59,750 nucleotides of DNA, taken from contig JAVKOQ020000090.1 of assembly GCA_031835245.2 (NCBI GenBank), positions 124,001 through 183,750 of the forward strand, written 5' to 3'. Positions 20,988-32,241 of the stretch are shown here, piece by piece. This stretch comes from Balamuthia mandrillaris. Lineage: Eukaryota. The position numbers and the translations under genes are program-made. The notes under the pieces are model-generated. The model searched no databases. It was not told the origin of the DNA and worked only from the letters and a program-made list of their open reading frames with translations. How positions within the stretch are numbered: the first letter of the stretch is position 1; each line of letters begins with the position of its first letter.

Positions 20988-23912
20988 TTAGGATTCGTGA
21001 ACAACTGGATAGAAAGAGGGGGAAAGAGAGAGCAATGCATCGAATGGTTGAGGGCTGGTTGGGCAAGGCCCCGCTGGCAACAAACATCCTGAAGAAGGGG
21101 GAGCATCCGTTGTTGTCATGCATAGGGAAGATGGTGGTGTTGACGTTTGTCCCGAAGAACAAGAAGACAGAGGAGGACCACCCCCGCCACCGCAACTTGC
21201 TCCTCCGCCAACATCAGGTTTGCCTAAACTTTCGCCGCTGCTACTACAACCGGCGTCCTCATCATCGTCAGCAGATGTGGTGGAAGAGGCTTCCACGGGC
21301 GAGAAGGAGAAAGGAGGAGGGGAGATGGAGGTACTGCTGTCGTCCGTCATGATGCGTCCCGAACAAAAGCCGCCCACTTGTTGTTGGCAGTGGCAAGTAC
21401 GGTCTAGACGCTCCGTTGCGGTCACCAAATAGTGATGTATGCTGGGCGTTATGGAGGTGGAGATGTCGTCCCATATGCAAAAAGCTCGCTCCATCACTGT
21501 CTTTCCGAGTTTTGCGGCGAATAGGATGATATGAGTGGTGGTTGCCTCGAAGCGTTTACCACTTTTCGATTGAAATATGCAACGCATTCTATAGTTCATG
21601 TGCAATTTTTAAGCAACTTGAAAAAGAATGACGAGAAGCAGCACAGAAAAAAAAATGTAAAAAAGAACAGGAAGTAAATAAGCCTAACGGACCTGTAACA
21701 CTTGGTAAATGAGCCAGGAGGAGGAGGTTCCATTAACGCAGAAAACTCATGAAATGCCCAATGTCCAAACTCTGCCGGAATAAAACCTACCTCTCTTGGC
21801 GTTTTGCCCTGTACTTCGTTCTGCGGCACAAGTTTTCAAGTTTTGTTTTAAAAAAATGGGTATGGTGGCATCAAGCAAAGGGAAAGAGACGACAAACGAA
21901 AAAAAAAAAAAAGATATCGAAAGAGCACACCTACCAAAGTATATTCAAACAAAAGGCTCCAACCCTTGCTGATGGCAACAATGCCCGGCTGCATGTGCGG
22001 TTTAATGAAGCGAATGAAAGCATAGGCCTTACTATCAGTGGTTTGCAGCGATGGAATCGGCCGGAAATGGTCAACAGTATTGGTATCAGACGGTGCTGGT
22101 AAGGACGGCGGTAGAGATAGGGAAGGTCTTGGTGACATGGTTCCAAACTGAGAGGCGAAGAGAGACGAGATAAATGAACTGTTGTAGGCAAGGTCTTCGG
22201 GGAGTTGTCCCTCGTTGAGATAAAGGTAGGCGGAGGAGGAAGAGTAAGCTTCGACATGTGAGCGATCTCGCTTGCTAGAGGAGGATCCATTTGTTGGACG
22301 TTGTTGCTCCGAAATTTGTTGTTGGCGTTGTAGTGGCGGCTGTTGTGGCGTAGGAGGCGGCTGTTGTGGCGTAGGAGGCGGCTGTTGTTGTACAGAGGAA
22401 GGTGAAGGTAATCTTTGCGTAAGTTGAACCAGAGTAGACTGCATAGTAAATAATTGGTGCATGATCTGTTCGTTGTCTCGTCTTAGTTTCTTGAGCTCGC
22501 GCCTAAGTTTTTTGGTGTTTCTTTTGACAGCTTTCTCCACTAGTCTCTCAATTTTGCTTCCTGTACCTCCGAGACCAAAACCGCTAAAGCTGCCCTCAAC
22601 AACACCATTATCACTCGCAACAGTTCTTCGCCTCTTGCTATCCGATGGAGCGCTATACTGCTGTTGGTGTTGGTGCTGTAATGGATAGAAGTGGTGATGG
22701 AGTGGAGGAGGTAGAGTGTGAGGGTGACCAGGACTTTGACTATGGGAAAAAGGCAAGCCATGATGGTGATGTTGGTGTTGGTGGTGGTTGCTACGTTGTT
22801 GATATCCGCTACGAACGTCTTCCGACTCTTCGTCATCATTTCTTTCTTTGTTGAGGTGGTGGAACGGCCGTTTGTGGGTGATATTGTGGCTATTTGGAGA
22901 AGAAGCATCTGCTGCATGGGCCTCCTCCGAACGGCCATGAAGAAAATTGCGCTGGCTATTGAGAGGGGAGAATGGTACACCTCCGTAGGAAAAGCGAGGG
23001 CTTGTGGCTACTGTAGGGTGTTGACGCGACGAGCCACTATCAGTTTGGTGGTTGGTGTGGGTATCATCGATACACTCTGGCGAGGAAAGTGAAGAAGAAC
23101 TGCAATAGTCTGAAGAGTTGGGGTAGGAGCTACCACCGAACGTCGAAGCGGAGGCAGCAGTAGAGCGAGTTGCTGAAGTAGCAGGAGTGGGTACAGATGA
23201 CGATGACGAAGAAGAGGATAGTGGGGTTGTGTGTTGGTCAGAGAAACGGTTCGTTGGGTCTTCTCTTGGAAGAGGTAATGTGGTTGGCCGTCGTTGTTGC
23301 TGCAGCAGCATCGAGAATAAGTGTTGCTGCTGTGGTGACCGTGACTGTTGTTGCTGGTGTCGTGCGTGATGATAGTGTTGCGGTTGAAGAATAGTTTGCT
23401 GCTGCTGCTCTATACTTCTACCTTCACTTGGAAAGAAGGAGGGAGAAGGCAACACGGTTGCTGCCTGCATAAAAGAGTGGGCAGAGGTGCTGTGTCCGTT
23501 TATAGCTTTGTTCAACGGCTTCCTTCCTTTCTTTCTCTGCGGGGCGTCGCAGCAAGTGGCCTCATTCCCCGTTTTGATGCAGCGTTTGCAAGGCCGTCCT
23601 TTTTTTTGTTTTTGGGTTACATTTTTAAATGAGTTCAAAGAAGAAGAAGAAGAAGAACAAAGAAGAATAAAGAAGAGGAGAAGAAGCACAAGAAAAGCAG
23701 AGCAAGAAGAAGACAGAATTTTTCGAAAAAAAAAAAAACAAGGGTTAGGTACCAGGGTCGCAAGCGGTGTGCGACTTTCTGCAGTTGATGCAAGACTTTT
23801 TTGGGGGCTGTCGTTTGCGGTGTGTAGTTGAACCCCCTTGGTCGGTAGCGGTAGCTGCGGAAGGACTACCGTAACCTTCCTTCTCGTGGTTGTTATTGTT
23901 GGTAGAGGCCAT
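20988..23912 (-). CDS. Zn(II)2Cys6 binuclear-cluster transcription factor with coiled coil and PAS-like domain (4 exons)
   Basis: Exon 1 (ATG 23912, missed by the ORF track) splices to exon 2 giving SCINCRKSHTACDPGRPCKRCIKTGNEATCCD. Coiled coil KKLRRELKKLRRDNEQIMHQL. PAS-like IVAISKGWSLLFEYTLNEVQGKTPREV and PAC-like FQSKSGKRFEA. Confidence 0.85.
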
Positions 23913-24182
23913 CACCACCGTCCAGCTTCTCTTTTTGGGGGAGGGAATCTTTTTGAAAAAAATAAATAATACACAGGTTTTCGCCTAAACGTTTGACCAA
24001 AGGCAAACAACACAAGCAATGCTCAAAGCAATAAAGCAATAAAAAAGCGTTGAGGGTGGTGCTGGTGGTGGGAAAGGGCGGTAGCCGTGAGCCGTGCAGT
24101 CAAACAATTTTTGCTTCTGCTACTTTCTTTTGGGGGGGGTGGTCGTGTACGATGGTTTTTTTCGCCGTTTTTTCGCATTTCT

Positions 24183-24234
24183 CCGAGATGATGACATCAT
24201 GCCTTCCTGATTTACCGAGATGCTGACATCATGC
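24183..24234. promoter_or_regulatory. 20-bp direct repeat in a divergent promoter
   Basis: CCGAGATGATGACATCATGC (24183-24202) and CCGAGATGCTGACATCATGC (24215-24234), 19/20 identical. The regulatory role is inferred. Confidence 0.4.
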
Positions 24235-24803
24235 TCACAGTTGGCAACCTTCTGGTCAGAGCCTGTCGACGTCACTCCTTATCGCGCCCTTTGCGGTTTT
24301 GTGCTGCAAAGCAGCAGAGACAGAGCAGGGGACCCCGTCCGTGTGGTGTTGGCAGCTTGCTTGCTTGCTTGTTTGGTTGGAAGCTCTGAGAGAGAGAAGA
24401 ATAAAAATAAGAGAAGGAAAAAAGGAGGCGGGACCCATCGCAAGCAGAACCCAAACAGACGGGCAACGAGCGAACGGAAGGGAAGGGCGGGTCCACGCCA
24501 ACGAGCAAGCAAACAAAAAAAAAAAAGAGGAAACGGAAGAGCCTTGGCCGCCAATGAGCCCAATTAAATATTTTCTTAACCAAATATTTAAAAAAAAATA
24601 AAAAAAAAAGGTAGAAGAACCACAACCACCAAACTGCAAAAACATTTTAAAAACAAAAACAAAAAAAAAATAGACCACCGCGTTTTGCTGGTGGGTGGGT
24701 GACCAAGGAGAGAGGGAACAAAGGAGGAGGCACACGAGCCACGCAGAAGAAGAGGAGGAGGAGGGGGCGAAGGCGGGTGGTGCTTTTGGGGACATTATTC
24801 CTG

Positions 24804-27748
24804 ATGGATATTTTAGACCAGCTCTCCTTGGAAACGGTGGCCCACGTTCTGAGTTTTGTGGAGGGAGCAGATCTTGGGCGGCTGTGCTGCCTGTCAAAGC
24901 GCTACAAGGCCCTCATCGATGACTCTGCTGGGCTGTGGAAGGGCCAAATGAAGAAAGAGGGTCTCCTGCTGTCCTCCACGGATGCTAACGCGCAGCCACC
25001 CGGAGGATCCTCCGTTTCCTCCAGCAACACCATGGCAGCAGAAGGCGGAGGAGGTGCCTCTTCAGAGGAAATGGGTGTTGGTGGCAACAGCACGGCTACA
25101 GGTGAAGAGGATCATCTGCTGTTACGACCAGAGGCTGGCAGCAGCCCGCTAATGTGGAAGCATGAGTACGTGCTTCGTGCCATGAAGAAGCGTCACAAAT
25201 GTTCTCTTTGCTTCTCACCTCTTCTGCCGATTACTGCCTCCACTTCTACCACCGCCGCCACCACCACCACAAGCAACAACACGATCGACACGGCAGCCAT
25301 GCTGGCCGACGGAAGAAAGAAGAAAGGCAAGAAAAAGAAGAGCCAGGTGGAGGAGCCCTCTCCTCCCTCTACAGGGTTGAGCTATGCCGATGCCACTCTG
25401 GCCCTCTGTCACTCGTGCTTTCCCTACCGATACAATGCTCCTCCGGTGGAGGGCGCCGAGGCCTACCCTCTCCAAGAGGGGGAGGTGACGAGGGACTGGG
25501 GCCTCAATCCGCAGGAGCGAGAGGCCCTCTACAAGAGGGACCGTGCAAGCGGGAAGAAGTGGTGGCGCCTTCGCGAGGTCATGCGTTACTCGCTCTCCAA
25601 GCACGGTCCCGTTGGCTTGAGGCAGTTGCGGGAGAGAAAGCGTCTGAAGTCCATGGAACGGGCCAAGAAGAAAGGAAATGTTAAATTGGTATTGTCTGCT
25701 CTCTCTCTCTCTCTCTCTCCCTCTCTCCCTCTCTCTCCCTCCCTCCCTCCCTCTCCTACTTCCATCCTGCCTCCTTGCGCGCATTCTCGTCCAACCCCTC
25801 TTGGTGTTGTAATGACCCTATCTACTCCATCATGTAGGACCTTGGCAAAAAACTGGAAAAGAAGGGCTTCCTTCCATCGGCAGCTTTGTTGATGAGGAAA
25901 CCAAATACATCAAAGGCACTGAAGGAGAGTCTTTGGAGACTACAAAATTATCGCGTGATGAAAGAAAGAAGACAGCGGGTGATGGCTTTCTTCTTGAACA
26001 GAGGGATCGACTGGTCATTGGTTCACCGGCATCGCTTAGTCAAGAAGTACATAACGCAATACACGAAAGAAGTCACAAGAGCAGATTTGCTGGGCCTTGC
26101 CCGCGAAGTGGGCCGCAAGCGAACCGAACTGCAAAAGAAACTAGAGCAGCGGAACGCCCTCACCGTAGACATAGAGAAACGGGCAGAGAGGATCAAAGCA
26201 GCCTTTGCGGAGGTGGGTCTTGGGGAAGACATTTTCGAGGACTTAATCAAAGATGAGAGTCTGGCCTTCTACGAGTGGGTTCTCACTGGAGAGATAAGAG
26301 GACCTGCTGCGACCCCAAATGGAGGAGAAGGTGAAAATAGTGGTGAAAGCAAACAGAAAGGAAAATCAAGCGTTGTGACCGGAGAAGAGGGCGTGCGAAG
26401 GGCAATGGCGGATGGACTGAAGTGGAGCATGGTGAAGATGGTGCTGCAGACTATTCGCCAGGTTCTGGAAAAGCAAGGCATTCCTTGGCGGTGGGTCCGT
26501 AATAATGCCAGGGACCAAAAGGAGGGAGAGGAAGGGCAGAAGCCCTGGAAGCTGTACAAGAGGGAAGCCATGGCCGGGTGGAATCTGTTGGGACCCAGCA
26601 GAGCGGATGAGCAGCGGCTGTTAGTGAGACAGGAAGTGGAACGACTAGTGGCCCTTCGGGAAGCTCGTGAGCGCAGGAAAGCATTGGTAAAACGGCTCAT
26701 TGACGACAAGCTGCGAGGCCGCAGCAACAACAACCAGGTCATCCTCAAGAAACTATGGCAGCTGTTTGCCCTCGATGAGGACACATATGACGTGTGGGAG
26801 CACTATGAGCTAGACTTTTGGAAGACGGAAATTGCAGAGAAGATCACTGGTTTCATAAAGGGCAAGGGTTTCTCTTCCTGGAGGAGCAACAGCCATAATG
26901 CTTCCTCCTCCTCCTCTTCCGCATCCAGTGCGATGGAAGAGGCTGCCTCGCTCATAGAACCTGTCGTTGAGAAGTTGGTAGCATTCGTGATCCGTAAAGA
27001 AGAACTTCGACAGGCGTTACATTTCCTCGGATATGGCATGCCTCCTAGCGGCATAGTCTCCACGCCCTTTCGTCTCTACATGGAAGGCAACGACAAGGTC
27101 TCTCTCAATGATTGCGCGTTGGCCCTCGCTAGGGGATTCAACAAGGCGGAGATGGAGGCCATGCGGACCAAGATGGCTGAGAGACGAAGCGCCGAAGCCT
27201 GCGAGGGCATCCATCCCTATCTACGGAGGAAGGAGGAGGAGCGCCTCCGAGGCAAGGACGAAGATGATGACGAGGATGATGATAGCTTTGACGATGAGGA
27301 CCGTCCCAAAACCAGATGCTTGCTCTTGGAAGAAGGAGAGTGGACATCCAGTGATGAAGACGAGGAAGAAGAGTTGATAGCCAAGAGAGGCAATAAGAAA
27401 AAGCGGTCAGGCTACTCCCACCATCGCCTTACTGTTTCTGCCAAGAAAAAACGGAAACGAAAGAGCGGTGGCAGCAGTGGTGGCAGTCGCGCCCCCAAAC
27501 GAAAGACGAAGAGAAGAAGAAAGAGTCGTAGCAGCAGAACGTTATCCCCCAACCAACAATCTGCCCAAACAAGCCAAGAAGAGGATGATGATGACGATGA
27601 TGCGGAAGAGGAAGAAAGCGAGGAAGAGGAGGAGGACGAAGACGAGTCTGAAGAGGAAGAGGACGAAGAGGAGGAAGACGAACCCAACGCTGATTCACGG
27701 TTTCACCCGTACAATTTCTTTTTCAAACGATCTCCCGGCTATCGCTGA
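24804..27748 (+). CDS. F-box protein with XPA-C-like domain, helical repeats and acidic/basic tail (2 exons)
   Basis: F-box ILDQLSLETVAHVLSFV...LCCLSKRY..LW. CSLC...CHSC followed by EVTRDWGL...WWRLREV..YSLSKHG. Confidence 0.75.
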
Positions 27749-27905
27749 GGACAGGCAAAAGGGAAGCAAGTCCAGAAGGTGCTGAAGCTTGTCATCCTTC
27801 CAACGAACCAGAGGCCCTCTTTTTCCCCTTCCAACCCAACAACAAGGTTTTGTCCATGTAAACAAATACAAAAAATTCATTTTCACATGTTTGTGCCTTG
27901 TGTCT

Positions 27906-28422
27906 TCATTCTTCAGGCCAGCCGTTGGATGGGATCCATTTATCCTTCAACAGTCCCATCCAAATAGGTCTTGACGTGAAAAATTCCATCTCGTGAGTGC
28001 GATCAGGTTGCGTTTGTAGCCAGTAGAACGACGCCAAAGCGGTGTTCTTGCTAAGGAGTGGCTCTAAGGCCTCCAGGCTATCCCTACGTTGTTGCTCGTT
28101 CGGCTTGTCAGCAATACTTTGCAAAGCTTGTGTGACATCGGCCAGTCCTTGTGCCAGCGAGTTGCCTGTCCCATCTTCGTGGTACATGCTTACCAAGGAA
28201 GCAGCAACCAGCACTGGGCCATAGTAGTTACAGCAAATGTCATCCAACCGATCATTTTGAGAGATCTTGAGGTGATTCAGGACCTTGCCTAGCAGTCCTC
28301 GCGATGCATTCTCCGCTACCACCATCAACGATACGAATGTGCAATTGCTGTACTTTACCTCTCCGAGAGTGCCATGAAATTCTGTGTAGAGCTGCGAAAA
28401 GAACAGTGTTGAGGTGAACAAC

Positions 28423-28460
<38 letters not shown>

Positions 28461-29695
28461 ATCTCCTCCTATCTCCCCATTATCTTTTTCTCCCTTACCT
28501 CCTCGCGAAACTTGCTATCCTTCATAAACTGTTCACCATCCACCTGATGGTGAACAAGTATTAGATATGCGAAAGAACTATGGAGAAGAAAGAGTGCAAA
28601 CCATATAAATCAACTTTGATACTCTGTACCCGCGGACCCTAATCCAGCCTCTGGGACGCCTCACCTTTAACAGCCGAACCGTTGTCTCCTCTTCATAATA
28701 GTATTTATACGTGTGGGACAGCATGCTGCATGCTCCTGAGGGGCTGTGCAAGCGAGGGGATGGTCGTGAAGGAGGATCCCCTTCCAAGTACTTGGAGATA
28801 AGAGCAAACATCAGATCTATGTGGCCCTGATTCAATCCTGCAATGAAGAACGTGCAGTCCCATTCGTACTCCTCGCCCTGCGTCCATGTTCTGTTGCTAA
28901 CAGGTGAACCACTGGAGAAAAGAAAGAAGAAAGTAGAAAGCAGCAAAGAGGAAAGAAGACAAAAGCAAGAAGATACTTGAACATAGTCCAATGGCAGCGA
29001 TATAAATCTTTGATGGGGTTGGAGTGCGGGCCAGCAGTCCCATTGACCATTATATTCCGAAGGTCGAACGGTATTTGGTTGGCATCGCCCCAACAGGGAG
29101 GGGGATACCACTCTGCAAAGCGTGTAAGTACGTCTTGAGGTGCGCAGTCCCTCCATGGGTTGTGTAGTGCATCCCTCGTCAACCGTAATGGCCATATCTT
29201 GCTCCCTGTTTCGGGCTTCTCCTCCTCTACCCCAGCCTGCCTTTTTGATGTTGGTTAGTGGTGTCACGCAAGCAAGCAAGAAAGAAAGAAACGACAAGAA
29301 AGCAACGACAAGAAAGAAAGAAAGAAAGAAACGACTAGAAAGAACAAAAACGAAATAAACGGAAGAAAGCGAGGCTATGAAACAAAGAAAAAGAAAGAGA
29401 GGCGACGTGCTTCGAAGAGGTAAGGATGAGGACCGTGGTAATTCTCTCCCCAAAAATCGTGCCCAAAGGCGCGAAGGTAGAGCACCAGCCACAAAGGGGT
29501 GGAGTTGCACGCCTGGCACATGGCCGAGCAAGTGGCAGAGAGAGCCGCCACGTCCCTCTCCTCCAAATGGCACAAAATCAGCAACAGCGCGTTCTCATCC
29601 AACCTAAACAATGGTGACGGCTGCGTCTGCGGCATGGACTCCTCTCCTCCTTCTCCTTCTCCTCCTCCTCCTCCTCCTGGTGCTGGGCTCTCCAT
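27906..29695 (-). CDS. F-box protein with C-terminal degenerate small-GTPase-like (Arf/FBXO4-like) domain (5 exons)
   Basis: F-box LFRLDENALLLILCHLEERDVAALSATC...LW. The spliced C-terminal half follows the beta1-alpha5 order of the Arf fold without G-motifs. Confidence 0.7.
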
Positions 29696-29856
29696 CGGTG
29701 GTGGCAGTGGCGATAGCGTAGAAAGAAGTGGACTGACTCCCGCAACAAATTAAAATAGCAATAAGGGAGGAGGAAGGAGGAGGACAGGAAGGGAGGAACT
29801 AAGCAAAAAAAGCAGGCGCGGCCCGCGTGCGGAGAAGAGCTCAAGAGACATTGCCC

Positions 29857-30223
29857 ATGCCCAGATTTGCCTTGCTCCCCATTCGGGGTATCAGCGGTGG
29901 GGATGGTTGGTGTTTCGCTGCTGCAGGTTGTTGTTTCGGAGGCAGCAAACGAGCTGCCGTTTTAGCTCGTTTTGTGAGAGCCGCAGGGGGACGGCGGACC
30001 TTCGCCAGCAGCACCACTCCGCCTCGTTTTGGTGGTGGGTCCTCCTCGCCAACGGCTACCACCACTGACAGTACCGGCAGTGGTGGTGATGCCAGCGAAA
30101 CGGCTGCTAGCATGGATAAGGCAGCGGCAGCCATCCGGGAGGCCAAGGCAGTGTTGATCTGTGCCGGAGCTGGTTTTGTAACTCTCTTCTTTGTTTCTTC
30201 GTGCCTGTAGCTCGCTTGCTCGT

Positions 30224-30318
<95 letters not shown>

Positions 30319-31029
30319 CTGTTTTCTTTACGTCCGGTCCTAACCTTATGAAGTCTGCTGCCGCTGGTGGTGATGGGGCGCCATGCTGCTGTTTGCTTCG
30401 TTGTTGCCGCAGGAATGGGGTTAGTCCGTACCGCTCGTTTTTCACTGTCAGCAGTAAGCTTGTGGATGTTGCTCACGCATGCATACACGAACAAAACATA
30501 CAAACATACGAATGCAGGGTGGACTCTGGCCTGCCTGACTTTAGAGGCAACGAAGGTACCCTTCCATACGCTCCTCCTCTGCTTATTGATTGTGAGCCTC
30601 GTTCTTATCATTTGTGTGGTTATTATGGTGGAGAGCAGGCTTTTGGAGGGCTTATCCCGCCATGAGAGACAAGGATATTACCTTTGTGGAAATGGCCAAC
30701 CCTCGATGGTTTGATGACAACCCTGAGCTAGGTTCTCTCCCCCGTTTCTCTTCACTAGTTCTCTGCTCCTTTGCGTCTCGGGTTCTATTCTCTCTTTCGT
30801 CTCTATTCCTCTCTCTCTTTTTCTTGTAGTTGTTTGCTCCTTTGTCGGGCCGCTAAAAGATATGCCTACATGGGCAATCTCGTATAGCATTAGGATTCTA
30901 TGGACACAGAATGAACATGTACCGGAGAGTCCCACCACATGCTGGCTTTTCAGTGCTGCTGGATATAGTCAAACAAAAGGACAATAATTACTTTATTTTT
31001 ACCAGCAATGTTGATGGTCATGTTAGTTT

Positions 31030-31062
<33 letters not shown>

Positions 31063-31836
31063 CACGGCAATCTTCCCTGTACTTATCTTTTTGTGTTACA
31101 GTTTCAAAAAGCAGGCTTTGATGAAAACAAAATAGTTGAATATCATGGTATTGGTCTTCTTGGTGTATGCATACATATGAAGTGAGCCCCAACCAACTGA
31201 AAAGGTCTCGAACAATACAGGATCCATCCACCATTGGCAATGTCATACGCATTGTAACAAACGCAACCAAGTATGGGATGCCTCCCATATCAACATAGTT
31301 GTGGACGAGGAAGAAATGACAGCCTTTGAACCGTTTCCGGATTGTCCCCACTGCTCTGATCTCCCACGACCTAATATCTTGAGTGACTATCTTCTCTGTT
31401 CATTCTTTTTGCAAATGTGTTGTACCAACTTACTTTCTCACCTCTTTGCAGTGTTTGATGACAAGGGCTGGATACCAAAGCGCACAAGACAGCAGCAACT
31501 TCTCTATGACAAGTGGCTTAAGCAGATACGCGAGGACAAAGTACCGCTCGTCGTATTGGAGTTTGGAGCGGGTAACTCCGTACCTACGGGTGAGCACCTC
31601 TCTTTGCTTTGCCTACAAGTGTCTCACACCCTGCAACATATTTTTTTTTTTGTTGTCTATTCATAATAGTCCGTTACAACAGCGAGTTCACCGTCTCTGT
31701 GCTGCGGCCTCATGCCAAGCTGGTGCGAGTGAACAGGTGGGAGAGCCAAGTGCCATACAACAGCGAGGACTACATAGCGGTGGAAAGCGGCGCGTTACAA
31801 GCGTTGCTTACACTTCGCTCCTTACTGCAGCTGTAG
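29857..31836 (+). CDS. Sirtuin (NAD-dependent protein deacylase), bacterial-type, with predicted mitochondrial presequence (9 exons)
   Basis: Spliced AGAGMGVDSGLPDFRGNEGFW, FTSNVDGH, catalytic EYHGS, Zn ligands CHTHC/CPHC, RPNILMF, EFGAG. Confidence 0.9.
30224..30318 (+). repeat. (GTT)n microsatellite in sirtuin intron 1
   Basis: Directly visible, about 31 units. Confidence 0.95.
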
Positions 31837-32241
31837 CCTCAAGAAATAAATTAAAAAGATTCTTGCAGGGGCTTGCAAATTCTTCCGCGCGAAGCTTCAT
31901 TCTGTCCCCTCCCTTCCCGCCATCCGAATGGGAGGAATGCGGGAATGGAGGGAAAAACCAATCCTGCCATCCACTGAAGTAAGCAAGTGGGAAACGTGCA
32001 ATGGTTGGGTATGGTGGTGGTCCTTGTCAACACTAATTTGTCTTACTGGAAGTGACAGGGAAGTGCAGGGACCCTTTTTGCTGCCCTTTTTCCCCTTGTC
32101 ATATCTTTTCAGTCAAGTGCAGGGCAATGAGGAGCTCCTCAAATTGGTAAAATACACCACCCAACGCAAATGCTAGCACTTAAATAGCACACCAAAAAAA
32201 AAAAAGTAGAGGCACACCTGCTGCTGCTTCTGGTGGGTGGG

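Noticed and set aside
29857..31836. Macrodomain-linked SirTM (class M) sirtuin or Sir2 defence system
   Set aside because: The catalytic His (EYHG) is retained and there is no adjacent macrodomain or defence partner.
32055..32125. Repeated AAGTGCAGGG upstream of the MBD-chromo gene
   Set aside because: Only two exact 10-mers; too weak to call without genome-wide enrichment.
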